Assembly (NCBI GenBank): GCA_036785375.1
Contig: JAWMAR010000872.1
Span: forward strand, 124,001 to 188,000
Source of the DNA: Leucoraja ocellata
Lineage: Eukaryota
DNA: 64,000 nt
Reading direction: 5' to 3'
Shown here piece by piece: positions 52,139-62,990 of this stretch (its first letter is position 1; the number at the start of each line of letters is the position of its first letter). The notes beneath the pieces were generated by a model. The model saw only the letters and a list, made by a program, of their open reading frames with translations. It made no database searches and was not told the DNA's origin. Both the position numbers and the translations under genes were made by a program.

Positions 52139-54041
52139 GTGGACACGATAGAGCCAGAGCAGCTGCCTGCACTCATCCCCAGAGGTAGCACTCTGATTTG
52201 GGCAATCAATGCTTTCTCAGCTGGAATGTGATGAAATCTGAATGTACACTCACAAAGTCCAATTACTGTTTTCAGAGATGCATTGATTAGTCAAGAAAGG
52301 CAGGCATGGATTTGGTAGGGGAAGTTTGTAGGAGAATAACTTCAGTTGAATCTTTTGAGATCAATAAGAGGATTTATAAAAGAAGCACAGAAGAAGCAAA
52401 CGACATAGATTTTGGCCAAAGTCCCAGATGACACTTTGTTCAGAAAGTAAAAGTCTATAGGAATTGTAAATGACAAATTGGATCAAAATCAGGAAGCACA
52501 CAAAGTCCAGTTGTTGTGTGTTTTCATGTTGTTTGCCTTGGGAATTCTACAGAACACCTTTCCATGTCCCCTGATTATATCATTATCCAATTTATTGATG
52601 TCCATTCTTAACTGCCCCTAAATTGTGGAGGTAGATGGCAATTAACTCAATGGAACATGGACACCAGGTCAGAACACTGAGTTCTGGTTACGTTAGTGAA
52701 CCAAAGATGGTTTTAATAATAATCCATTTGGGGTCAAGTCAAATTGAGCTTATTGTCAAATGCACAATTGTGGTAAGGTACGGGTACAATGTAAACCTTG
52801 TTTGCTGCAGCATCATTGCAACATAGGTTTACATGAAATCACAAATTATACAGAAATCCATTGACTGAGATCCATTGCTTTTGTTGAGATTTAATCATTT
52901 GAATTGAATTGAAATGAGACAGTTGCCATGGATGGTTTCAAACTTGTATTTCAGGATCAATGATCTAAACTAATATCTTCACTGCAATGCTACATTTCTC
53001 ACAATGCTTAAGAATAAATAATTCAGATTTAAATGTGGTTTGAGAATTTTTTGAGAAAATACCCAAATTGGCAAGGTGGATGATCATGAAGGTAAGCTGT
53101 ACATTATTGGCAAAAAATCTATGGACTGGTCTTGTAGATGGAGAGTACTTAATTGATTTTGATCCATCGAATACGCATGGTACGTTTGATGAAAATAAGG
53201 GATAAAATGCATATTTATGGTAGGATGCTGAGAGGAGTGTGTGCACAAGCTCCCGAAAGGAAATAATTTAGGCAGCTAAGACTGAATACTTTATTCAAAC
53301 AGTTTTAGAATGCATAAGTGAAAAGGTTGTGCTGGATAGAACAGTAGTAGGCTCACAGTTCCAATCTCCACCATTCTGATTGCAATAGAAAGGGAACTGA
53401 AGAGGTTTGAGGATGTCGCTCATCTTGTAGGAAGTTAGCCATGAGTAAATACTGCATAGAATGTCTGTTGTCTTTGGTCTAGAGAATGCTAAGGGGAAAT
53501 GTAATGATGCTGCATAAAATAAGGACAAATCTATTTAGAATATAATGGAAGGACTGATATCCCTTAGATGGGAGTGAGAAAAGTGAACTTATGCAGTCGT
53601 CATGAGATAGTAATCGTGCACTATCTTAAAACAAGTTATTTAATTATGCATTTCAAATGTTGTACTGTACAAGGCATTGACCATGAATTGGAAAGGAGAA
53701 ATTGGTATTTAATTATGTGGTCTTGCCCAAAATCATCTATTGCACTAATGCACTAATTCAACAATGGTACATATAAATCCAAACTCTCACACCTCAGTGG
53801 TTTCTGTTCCATGGTTCTCCATCATGGTTTACTGTGGTTATCAAAACTTGGGAAATAAATCAGGATAATATAACATTTATTTGAATTCAAAGAACGTGTG
53901 CAATATTTGTTATATACCAGATGACTAGCCCATCAAAATTTCAACATGTAGGATACATGTGAAAGCTTTTCTGCTGGCAGGACATCTTGAAAATGTAAGC
54001 TTGGGAAATGCCAACGAAGGGCAAAATTACCCCAAGAGACA

Positions 54042-54216
54042 CAAAAAGCTGGAGTAACTCAGCGGCTCAGGCATCATCTCTGGAGAGAAGGAAGGGACTC
54101 GACCCGAAATGTCACCCATTCCTTCTCTCCAGAGATGCTGCCTCTCCCGCTGAGTCACTCCAGCTTTGTGTGTCTATCTTCGGTTTAAATGGGCATCTGC
54201 AGTTCCTTCCTACACT
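54042..54216. mobile_element. Fold-back PLE-derived mini-element
   Basis: Inverted arms of about 55 bp; 9-bp direct repeat caagagaca (54033-54041 / 54217-54225). Confidence 0.75.
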
Positions 54217-54527
54217 CAAGAGACAAGGATGTTCTGTGAAAATGAAATGACTTTTCCTTGAGAGAGACATTTCCAATTTCAAACCATGAATAGGTAAAGC
54301 ATTGAGAAAAAGGAGATCCATCTGTGCAATCTAGAGAAACCACTCTTATTATCTCATTCCTCTGCCGATGCTATGAATAGAACCTTTGACATGTCATAGT
54401 AGAATGAAAAGTCAGTAAAAATAAATAACTAATGAAGGAGATGGAAGTAGATGAACAGCTGCCTCTTTCACCTTTCCGTTGCAGTTTTTAAAAAGTATTT
54501 TCTAAATTGCCACAATACCATCCCAAG

Positions 54528-54565
54528 CCCCCCCTCCTCCCCCCTCCCCCCCCCCCCCCCCCCCC
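54528..54565 (+). repeat. Poly-C tract (G-quadruplex-capable on the minus strand)
   Basis: Direct reading. Confidence 0.8.
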
Positions 54566-57039
54566 ATATATTCAGTGAGAGCTTTGGCAATATCCATGAG
54601 CCAGGCAGTATCTGCATTTGAACCCATTGTTTTATCTGCATTATAAGAAATAATTGAGATGTGCCTTCTCCAAAGGTTTCTTGAACTGAGAATTTGTGAC
54701 TATTAAAAGCCAATAGTTTCTCATCCTCCCTCCTGCCTACCCTTGCCACTCTTTAGGCTCATTCATGATGAGTAAGAGATATGTTGGTTTAGACTGTGTG
54801 CAAAATGTGATTCCTGTTGGCATTGCTTGCCTGAAATTACTTCCGTGAAATCTGGGAAAGCGTTCCATTTTCTCCTTGGGTGCAGTTACAAAGCTCTGAA
54901 TGGGAGCAGTTCCTAATCCACACAATGAAGTGGTGTAGGTTAGTTACAACAAACGTTACTCACAAAATACCATTTAAAGGGACGTCTATTTTCAACTGGC
55001 AATGACCTATCTCCAGATTAAAAAATCATTAAACATGGGAAATAATTAAAAACATTTTTTCAACAAGTAAAAAACTAAAACTGCTCAAAAACTCTTCAAA
55101 TAACATAAAATAAATGAACCTCAACTAATTGAAAACCTTACTTTTTTTTTCTCATAGACTTGCAGTCTCTATGTGTAAGTCGATGGAGGATTTTAGAGCC
55201 AGTTTTCTCAATGTAAATATTAGAGAATTCCAGCACTGGGAAATGACTAGTGGAGTTCTAAGTTGAAATACTATGGCAGTGTCTGGAAACATACCAGGAT
55301 ATGCTTACAGGAGAAATTACTGCAGTTCCATGAGGAGACACTGACATTTACCAGCAAAATCTGGGCAATACTTTGGTTCAACACATTTCTGAAAATCTGA
55401 TTGCAGAAGCTTAAACCTACAATGAGTAAAGGGGTCGGGTACTCTTATTTCATCATTTGTGTGCAGTTCTGCAAAAACCTGATCAGTCATTTTTTGATGG
55501 ATCCTGATCATGGGTAAAAGTTGTACACCAGGAAAAGTGTATGTTACAATATGTTGTAGCTTACGTTGCGTGGAGTTATACATCATGGAAAACAGACTCT
55601 TCAGCCCTACACATCTATGATAACCCAGGGGGTTACTGGAGCTAATCCCATCTGTGTCCGTTTGACCATGTCCCCCCTTTTTTTATTCATGTACATTTGT
55701 AAATGTCTTTTTAATGTTGTATCTATTTGGGCACTCTCACAGCTGGGGTGGTGACAAAGTTCTCATGAAGGGGAAGTAGGGTTGCATGCATTGGTGGAGT
55801 ACGGATTTCATGCCCATTTCACTTGTGTCTTTTGGTGAATGATGTTGCAACAGCTCCATCATTATTCAAAATTCAATCACCTTAAAAAAAACATCTGGGA
55901 GATATGAAGGTCGGGAGGATTTAAGAAAATCCAGTCTGGCCATATCTGCAGTGAGGGCTTCACAAGAGACTGCAGATGTTGGAATCCGAAGCCAAAAAAT
56001 AAAAGATACTGGAGCATTTAGTGGGACAGCCCATGTCTTGGGTCGTGACTCAACGATTACAGGCGGTCACCAGCATAAAGCGGAGCGGTGGGGGAGAGGA
56101 TGTTAGCAAGTAATTTGCAGATACAGATGAAGAGGCAGATCAGGTTAGGTGAGGAAGGGAGGAACATGACTGAGAAATGATAAATGGAGAACAAAAGGCT
56201 GTCAGATTCTGGAATTTGATCGGAAAGGAAAGGAAAGGAAGAATGTAATTGAATAAGTGAATGGTGGGAGATAGGAACAGGTGAGCCGTGGGGGTGGGGT
56301 GAATCCTGTAGGACGAGTGTTTGGGTAAGGGTCTTTTGAAGTGGGGGGAGGGGTGCAGGGGAGGGAAGAACGGGGTTTGGCCTTAGTCATACACAAATGT
56401 ATCAAATTAAAGACTGTGGTGAGGACATTGAAAATGCTGAAGAAAGGCAAATTGCACCCCCTGTGTCCTGCTGACGAGGGGAAAAACTGCAACAGGGTGA
56501 ATTTTGTTTTTCTTCAAAAAAAACTGAAGTGTTGCTGCAGATCTCAAACAGAACGATGGAGGTCGTTTTTCACAAAGCTGTTAAAGTGGAGGAAGTTAGC
56601 ACACAATTCCAGCAAAAAAGCAACATAACCGAACAATAGCTAAAGACTGATGAAACAATGGTCTGACTCTGACCAGAAGATGTGGGCAATTGTGTACAGG
56701 TCAGGTGAAATGCATCCAGAATCTTCTATATGGAGATTGTGAATTGGTGAAAAGTGAAAGCATTTGAATTTCATGCTCAACCAACTGGTGAAGATAATGA
56801 AACCTGCTTAATAACCTACAAAACTGGATCCAAATCAGTGGTAGTCATCTGAAACCTACTGAAGGAATTAATTTAAGATTCCATAGTTAAAGGATGGTTT
56901 ACTTTGTACCATTGTACGTTTTTAATGATAGGTATTTATACAATTCTGGCTCAGACAAACATTAGAATTGGAAACAGGAACTGATCACCTGGTTTCTTCA
57001 GTCTGTTCCAGTATTCAATCAGTTTGATTGAAAGATCGA

Positions 57040-57160
57040 AAGATACAGCATGGAAACAGGCCCACTAATCCACACCAGCTTTTGTTCACCCGCTCACACT
57101 AGGTCTATGTTATCTCACTTTTGCATCCACTCCATGCACACCCTGCGCAATTTACAGAGA
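57040..57160 (-). mobile_element. V-SINE 3' fragment
   Basis: Similar to 18480-18620. Confidence 0.55.
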
Positions 57161-57638
57161 CCTGGTTGTTGAACTGACTCAGTGAGCAAGTTGAATGAGT
57201 GCAGGTATGTTAGAGGATTTAAGGCTGGAGGAGACTGGAAGGTCATGGAAGAATTTGGAGTTGTACAGATACCTCGGGGGATTTTACATTAAAAGAATCT
57301 GCAGAGATATATTTAGGCTGTGGAAGAATTTGAAATCATGTTGAAAATGTCAAAATCAAGGTGTTGATTAAGCAGGTCAGTGGCCAGCAAGCACAGCCAC
57401 AATTAGAAACACTTGACATGAATGCAGACGAAGGCCATAGAATAGCACAACTTGCAAGAACGTTGACATCAATAATATACCTGGTATATTAAATATTGTT
57501 GTTCACTCGCTTTGATGAGAAAGAATAACATTATAGCACGCCTGTATTAGTTTTATTGTTACTCTTCTTCTTATCAAGTCGAAGATTAGAAGCTGAACAC
57601 ACCTCTCGGCATCTGCACACAATGGTGTGGGTCTTGTG

Positions 57639-57708
57639 CTTCTTGTGTGTGGTGGTGGATAGATTGGTGGAGACAGGCCCGCGACGTGAACGCTCTTTCC
57701 TTCACCCC
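57639..57708 (-). mobile_element. 70-bp ribozyme-capped mini-retroposon (Ingi/Vingi-type tail)
   Basis: HDV-like fold followed directly by accaccacacacaagaag, resembling the gccacacgaaagaagaag tail of 60053-60188. No clear TSD. Confidence 0.65.
57657..57708 (-). ncRNA. HDV-like (CPEB3-type) ribozyme fold, P1 degenerate
   Basis: GGGGTG-AA-GGAAAGA(P2)-GCG(P3)-TTCACGT(L3)-CGC(P3')-GGGCCT(P1')-GTCTCCA-CCAA(J4/2)-TCTATCC(P2'). P3 3/3, P2 6/7 and P1 4/6 paired. Confidence 0.75.
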
Positions 57709-58310
57709 GTTTTATTGTTAAAGTCAGTGTTGAAAATATAAATGCGATTTGAGATCTTGTCTCTAATTAGAACCCTGATCATGGCTCCAGGCCACAATAT
57801 AGACTATTGGATAATTTTTGGTCTTCAGAAGCACTTAGTGCCAAAATGTTGAAGCCACTACACCCTAGTTTATTTCCCTTGCCTCCACTTTGCTGTTCGT
57901 GTTCTTTATCAACCTTTTAAGTGTCGGTACAGTTGCTGAGTTGTATACAGGTCACCTTTTAGATTAAGCGCATTGTGTGTATTTGCTTCATCTGACTGAC
58001 CTTTTCCACAAACACTGAGAGTGGATGAGGCAACACTTCAAGCAAGGAATGAGTAATAGTTTTTGAGTGGATGTCTTTGTTGATTATGATTTATATAACA
58101 TAACTGATAATAAAACTGATGTACAAATGGCTGAAAAACAGAAAGTGGCTGCTCAGAAATGTTTTTGTACTGAAGGCTGTGCATTAAACTTAGTATTATA
58201 AAATATAGTTTATTGTGCATCTGAAAATGTTATCCATAATGAACATTAAACCTGGTGTTTCTTCAAGAAGGGTGTAGGTGATTTTAGTAAGTGTGTGGCA
58301 CATTGGTCAT

Positions 58311-58765
58311 ACGAGGATGTTGCCAGGACTAGGAGGTCTGAGCTATAGGGAGAGGTTGAGTAGGCTGGGACTCTATTCCTTGGAGCGCAGGAGTATGAGG
58401 GTGATCTCATAGAGGTGTATAAAATCATGAGAGGAATAGATCGGGTGGATGCACAGAGTCTCTTGCCTCGAGGACTAGAGGACATAGGTTTACGGTGAAG
58501 GGGAAATAATTTAATAGGAATTTGAGGGATAACATTTTCACACAAAGGGTGGTGGATGTACGGAATGAGCTGCCAGAGGAGGTAGTTGAAGCAGGGAGTA
58601 TCCCAACATTGAAGAAACAGTTAACAGGTACATGGATAGGACAGGTTTAGAGGGATATGGACCAAAAGCGGGCAGGTGGGACTAGCGTAACTGGGACATG
58701 TTGGCCGGTGTGGGCAAGTTGTGCCGAAAGGCCTGTTTCTACATTGTATCACTCCACAACTCTAT
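58311..58765 (+). mobile_element. CR1 3' fragment
   Basis: RMLPGLGGLSYRERLSRLGLYSLERR...FTQRVV.V.NELPEEVV. Confidence 0.85.
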
Positions 58766-59374
58766 AATAGATTTCCTGTTTTAATCATAAAATTACTAAC
58801 ATTTTTGTGCACATGCAAACAATGACCTTCTAAACAAATGACAATTTGCTTGTTCTAATACTGACTGAGATCTGTGCAGTTTGCCTATAATAATGCATCC
58901 ATTTGGTACATTTCCAAAATGCAGTCATGTTTAGAAATTGATGACAGAGGCTGAACGGAAATAAATTAAACATTGAGTTTAAGAAGCCAAAAGAAACCCA
59001 AAACTTCATTTTTCAACATGAGCTGTGAAAGAAAAATTGCTTCATTGAAGTATTTGACCCAAGTATAAAGAATGTAAAAGTGATTTCACGGAGGAAACAA
59101 ATTCATTGTTTGGAGTAATAATTTCACTGTTGGTTCAATTGATAACACTGTGAAGTCAAAGCTTAAAAATTCAGCAACAATTTATTTGCCACTGACAGGT
59201 AATCTTTCAACAGTATTAAATGACTTTAATCCAAAATATTTATTCATTGATCTGCCATGGTGTTACTCACAGACATAAATTGTTTGCTTTTCATCCTATA
59301 ATTATGTCTTGGTCAGATCCTATGCCTCTACCTTTTTTGTTTATTTTCCACTCTCTTCGTTAACATCTGCTTAG

Positions 59375-59755
59375 ATAGAGTCATAGATTAATACAGTGTG
59401 GAAATAGGCCCTTTGGCCCAACAATGTCCCAGCTACCCTAGTCCCACTTGCTTGTGCTCCAAACCTGTCCCATCCATGTACCTGTCCAACTGTTTCTTAA
59501 ACGATGGGATAGTCCCAGCCTCAACTACTTTCTCTGGCAGCTTGTTCCATACACCCACTGAGTGAAAAAGTTGCCTCTCGGATTCCTATTAAATCTTTTC
59601 CCCTTCACCTTGAACCTATGTCCTCTGGTCCTCGATTCCCCTACTCTAGATAAAAGAATGTGCATCTACCCGATCTATTCCTCCCATGATTTTGTGTACC
59701 TCTAAGATCTCCTCTCATCCTCCTACGCTCCATGGAATAGAGACCCAATCTACTC
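59375..59755 (-). mobile_element. CR1 3' fragment
   Basis: Reverse complement of 58355-58765-type sequence. Confidence 0.8.
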
Positions 59756-60052
59756 GCTGGATTTGTTCATTTTTGTTCTGTATTTCATGTAACTGAAGCA
59801 AAAAATTAATAACAGTTTTCATATTTTGATTTGATTTACCAACAGAAAGCAGGATTTCTGGGAAGCTGTGTCTTGTGGGGTACGGTGGCATTTGCACTGG
59901 GCCATGACTGTTCATAATCAATATTGATGAGTAGTATTAAGGTATCATGTGTAATAAATCCAAATTTGCTTATGATACCATGTTAGGTGGCATTGTAGAG
60001 GCAAAGGAAATGGGGTTAATGCAGGAATCTTGCACCAGGGTGGAAGGCCACT

Positions 60053-60188
60053 CTTCTTCTTTCGTGTGGCGTGCACAGCCTAAAGTTGTAGGACAACTTG
60101 TTCTATTTGATCTTCCATTTGTGCACGTCGAGTTGATTGCATTAGTCGAAACAGGGCGGACCACGTGAAGGTTGCAATCTTCCACCCC
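60053..60188 (-). mobile_element. 136-bp ribozyme-capped non-autonomous retroposon (Ingi/Vingi-like)
   Basis: Perfect 10-bp TSD gaaggccact (60043-60052 / 60189-60198). The 5' end is ribozyme G1; the 3' end is ccacacgaaagaagaag. No pol III A/B boxes. Confidence 0.88.
60135..60188 (-). ncRNA. HDV-like self-cleaving ribozyme fold (54 nt, minimal P4)
   Basis: GGGGTGG(P1)-AA-GATTGCA(P2)-ACC(P3)-TTCACGT(L3)-GGT(P3')-CCGCCCT(P1')-GTTTCGA-CTAA(J4/2)-TGCAATC(P2'). P1 has 7 bp with the G1-U wobble, P2 7/7, P3 3/3; catalytic C present in a CNAA context. Confidence 0.9.
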
Positions 60189-61794
60189 GAAGGCCACTTG
60201 ATCTCACTCAATTTGGACGTCAAAATACTGTACACATTTTGAGGAGCTTTCTTAAAACCATGCAACCATTCTAAATGTAATCAATCTTTTTGAAAAGTTA
60301 ATTAAAGAGTAAAAACAACACATGCTGAGATAGGCAGAAATAATAAATTCAGGTAAAATCTAATAGCTCAGTCAGCATTATGGAGATGAAGGTAGAGTTG
60401 ATGTTTTAAAGACGTTTTATCATTATTGGGAAAAGATAGATAGGAGAGATAATGGAGAAGAGTGAATAAAACGGGGTGCTTGTGATTGTGTGAAGAGGCT
60501 GGGTGACAAGTAGTTTTGCTGCTGACTAAGGAGGGGTAACGCATTACAACATTTAGGACTCGATACTGAATTCAGCTGCTGCAGATAATCTGTCACTGAC
60601 TTTAATCTCACATTTCCAGCACTCGTTAAATGTTCTGGTACAGGTAATTCTTGGCTTCCATGGTAGAGGTGGGGATGGGGGCTGATGGAGGTAGTGGGGT
60701 GGGGGCTGGTAGGTTGTGGTCCTAGAAAATGGTCCGCATTGTAATTTACCGTGACGCAAACCACAATTCATCGACGAATGTGAGTTGAAGAATATAATTG
60801 ATGTTGATTGATTTATTATTTGTAAATTTTATACTGCATTATAAGATTTTTGGGTGTTGATTTGTGAATTCTGATAGGGTAAATTTCCATTAGCCAAACA
60901 GCCGTACATTTTGGGTTGTCTGGATTTAAGATCTCTTTCATTTGCTACGTGTGCCTGCTGCAACTTTTCTGTTTTATACTAGTTGTGCATATCCTTACGG
61001 TCGGTCCCACTGCATGCCTTACTATACTGCTCCTTATCTACCACAGGCATTTCCGTTTTGTTCTTCCTGCTCCATCCCCACAACATCAATACTCCACCCC
61101 CCCCCCCCCCTCCCATCTGAGATTTTTCTGGAATTTTTAACATATTGAATATCTAATTTCCAATTCCAAGGGCATCGATCTGAAACATTCTCTTTGCTTT
61201 CTTTGTCGATGGTTTCCATGCTTTCTTCTATGCTATTCCCTTCTATGCTATTTCTATGCTTTTTTTTATTTCTAACATTATTTGTTTCCATTAAAGATGT
61301 TTCAGAATTTTCAATATTTTTGTTGCAAATTATTTGTTCTACAGAGCAAAGAGATAAAAGAATCAAATCAGATTATGTGCACAAAGAAGGGATATAAATA
61401 AGCCCCTCATTTGAGTCGCCCTGGCTTATTTTTCTTAAATCATCTTGGCCTGGCAACTTGAGTTAGGACTGCATGGTTCTTTCCCATTTCCCCAATAGTA
61501 TAGGTAGGAATAAAAGATGCACGGGTTCACTGTGAGGCAACACCCATGGTTCGATGTTTTCCAAATGCTGTCTTTACTGAAGATGATTTGTTGTTCTGCA
61601 GAAAATTTAAATTTTATTTTACTGTTTGCATTGTTAGTGGAGTTGTTTTGGGATCTAAATTTGGCGTACTTGTTTAATAATCAAAGTCTTCAGTCAATAA
61701 GCCGACTGCATCTGATGTTCCCAAATGGTTTTCCCTCCACTCTCGCAGTTGCGTTAACTGGGTCATTGAAATGAGTGCATTGATCTTTGTAACA

Positions 61795-62022
61795 AGGTTG
61801 ACACAGATGAATGCTGCAAAAATGTGCTTGTAGGTTAATTGTTACTGTAAAATTATCCATTAATGTAGGTAAGTGGTAAAAATAATCAAGAGGGTGAGGA
61901 GATTGGTGGTTGTTTGACGTACGGGAGAGAATAAATTGCGGGAATAATAAGGGGAGCAATGGAACTGGTGGGATTGCTCTGCTGGGGACTGGCAAGGACC
62001 CATAGGATTTTATGACTTCCAT
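61795..62022 (+). mobile_element. Degraded SINE 3' part
   Basis: gtaggttaatttgttactgtaaaattatcc...gaactggtgggattgctctgctgg; related to 10800-10940. Confidence 0.45.
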
Positions 62023-62732
62023 GTCTAAATAAGTAATTATATAACGATTTGTGCTCCAGGGGAAAAATTAAAGAGGGTTGCTGAACCAACATCAAACAAT
62101 TAATTCTCTCATCTCACAATGAAATTAGTGATTTATCTAAAGTTTACATTTTAAGTTCAGGCTATTAGCATGCAAGGTACAACTTCCAAAAGGGCACACA
62201 TGAAGATTACATCCTTCAGAAGATGCTATGCTAAGAAATAAAATTTGATTTTGAGAGGTTAAGAAATATTAAAGTTTCAAAGAAAACCTGAAAAGTTGTG
62301 TCAGAGTACCTTCCTTCCAAACATTAATGCCAATGACATCAATCCACTTTGATGCCTGTTTTATAAGGCTTAATCACAGTAATTCAATATCTATTTAAGA
62401 TTACTGCATGTATCAAATAAACATGTAAAGTTAACCTCATGCGTGTTCAAATCCCCATGCAATTACAAATTATACTTCTGGTTCCTCAGCATCTGTAACT
62501 TGTCAAGGTGACTCCTGCAACAATGTTCCATAGACTCTCATTCCTTATTCGTCAGTTTTAGATTAGTTGCCCACATGATCTCGTGAAGTTTTGATAACAT
62601 TAAAAAAAACTTAAGTATCATAAATTGACAGATTGCATGGTTTACAGTTGACCTTATTTATATAAAATTATCTTTTTGTTTAACATTGGTCAGGATATGG
62701 GCTGTTAATGCCAACCCAGCTTTCCCAGGTCA

Positions 62733-62981
62733 GTCAAGTCAAGTCACATTTATTTATATAGCACATTTAAAAAACAACTCTCGTTGACCAAAGTGCTTTA
62801 CATTTGTTATAAGAATAGTATACACAAGCAAACCACATACATATATACAAATAGCCCTCGCTCAGAGGACGTCAGGAAAGACTTGGGAGAACAGATAGGT
62901 TTTTAGTCTAGACTTAAAGGAGTCGATGGAGGGGACAGTTCTGATTGGGAGGGGGATGCTGTTCCACAGTCTAGGAGCTGC
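62733..62981 (-). mobile_element. L2 LINE 3' end
   Basis: (GTCAA)n tail; minus strand reads AAPRLWNSIPLPIRTVPSIDSFKSRLKTYLFSQVF. 13-bp TSD ctttcccaggtca (62720-62732 / 63065-63077). Confidence 0.85.
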
Positions 62982-62990
62982 ACTGTAATA

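Noticed and set aside
61215-61262. Repeated ttctatgct units as an array
   Set aside because: Only three irregular units; ordinary low complexity.
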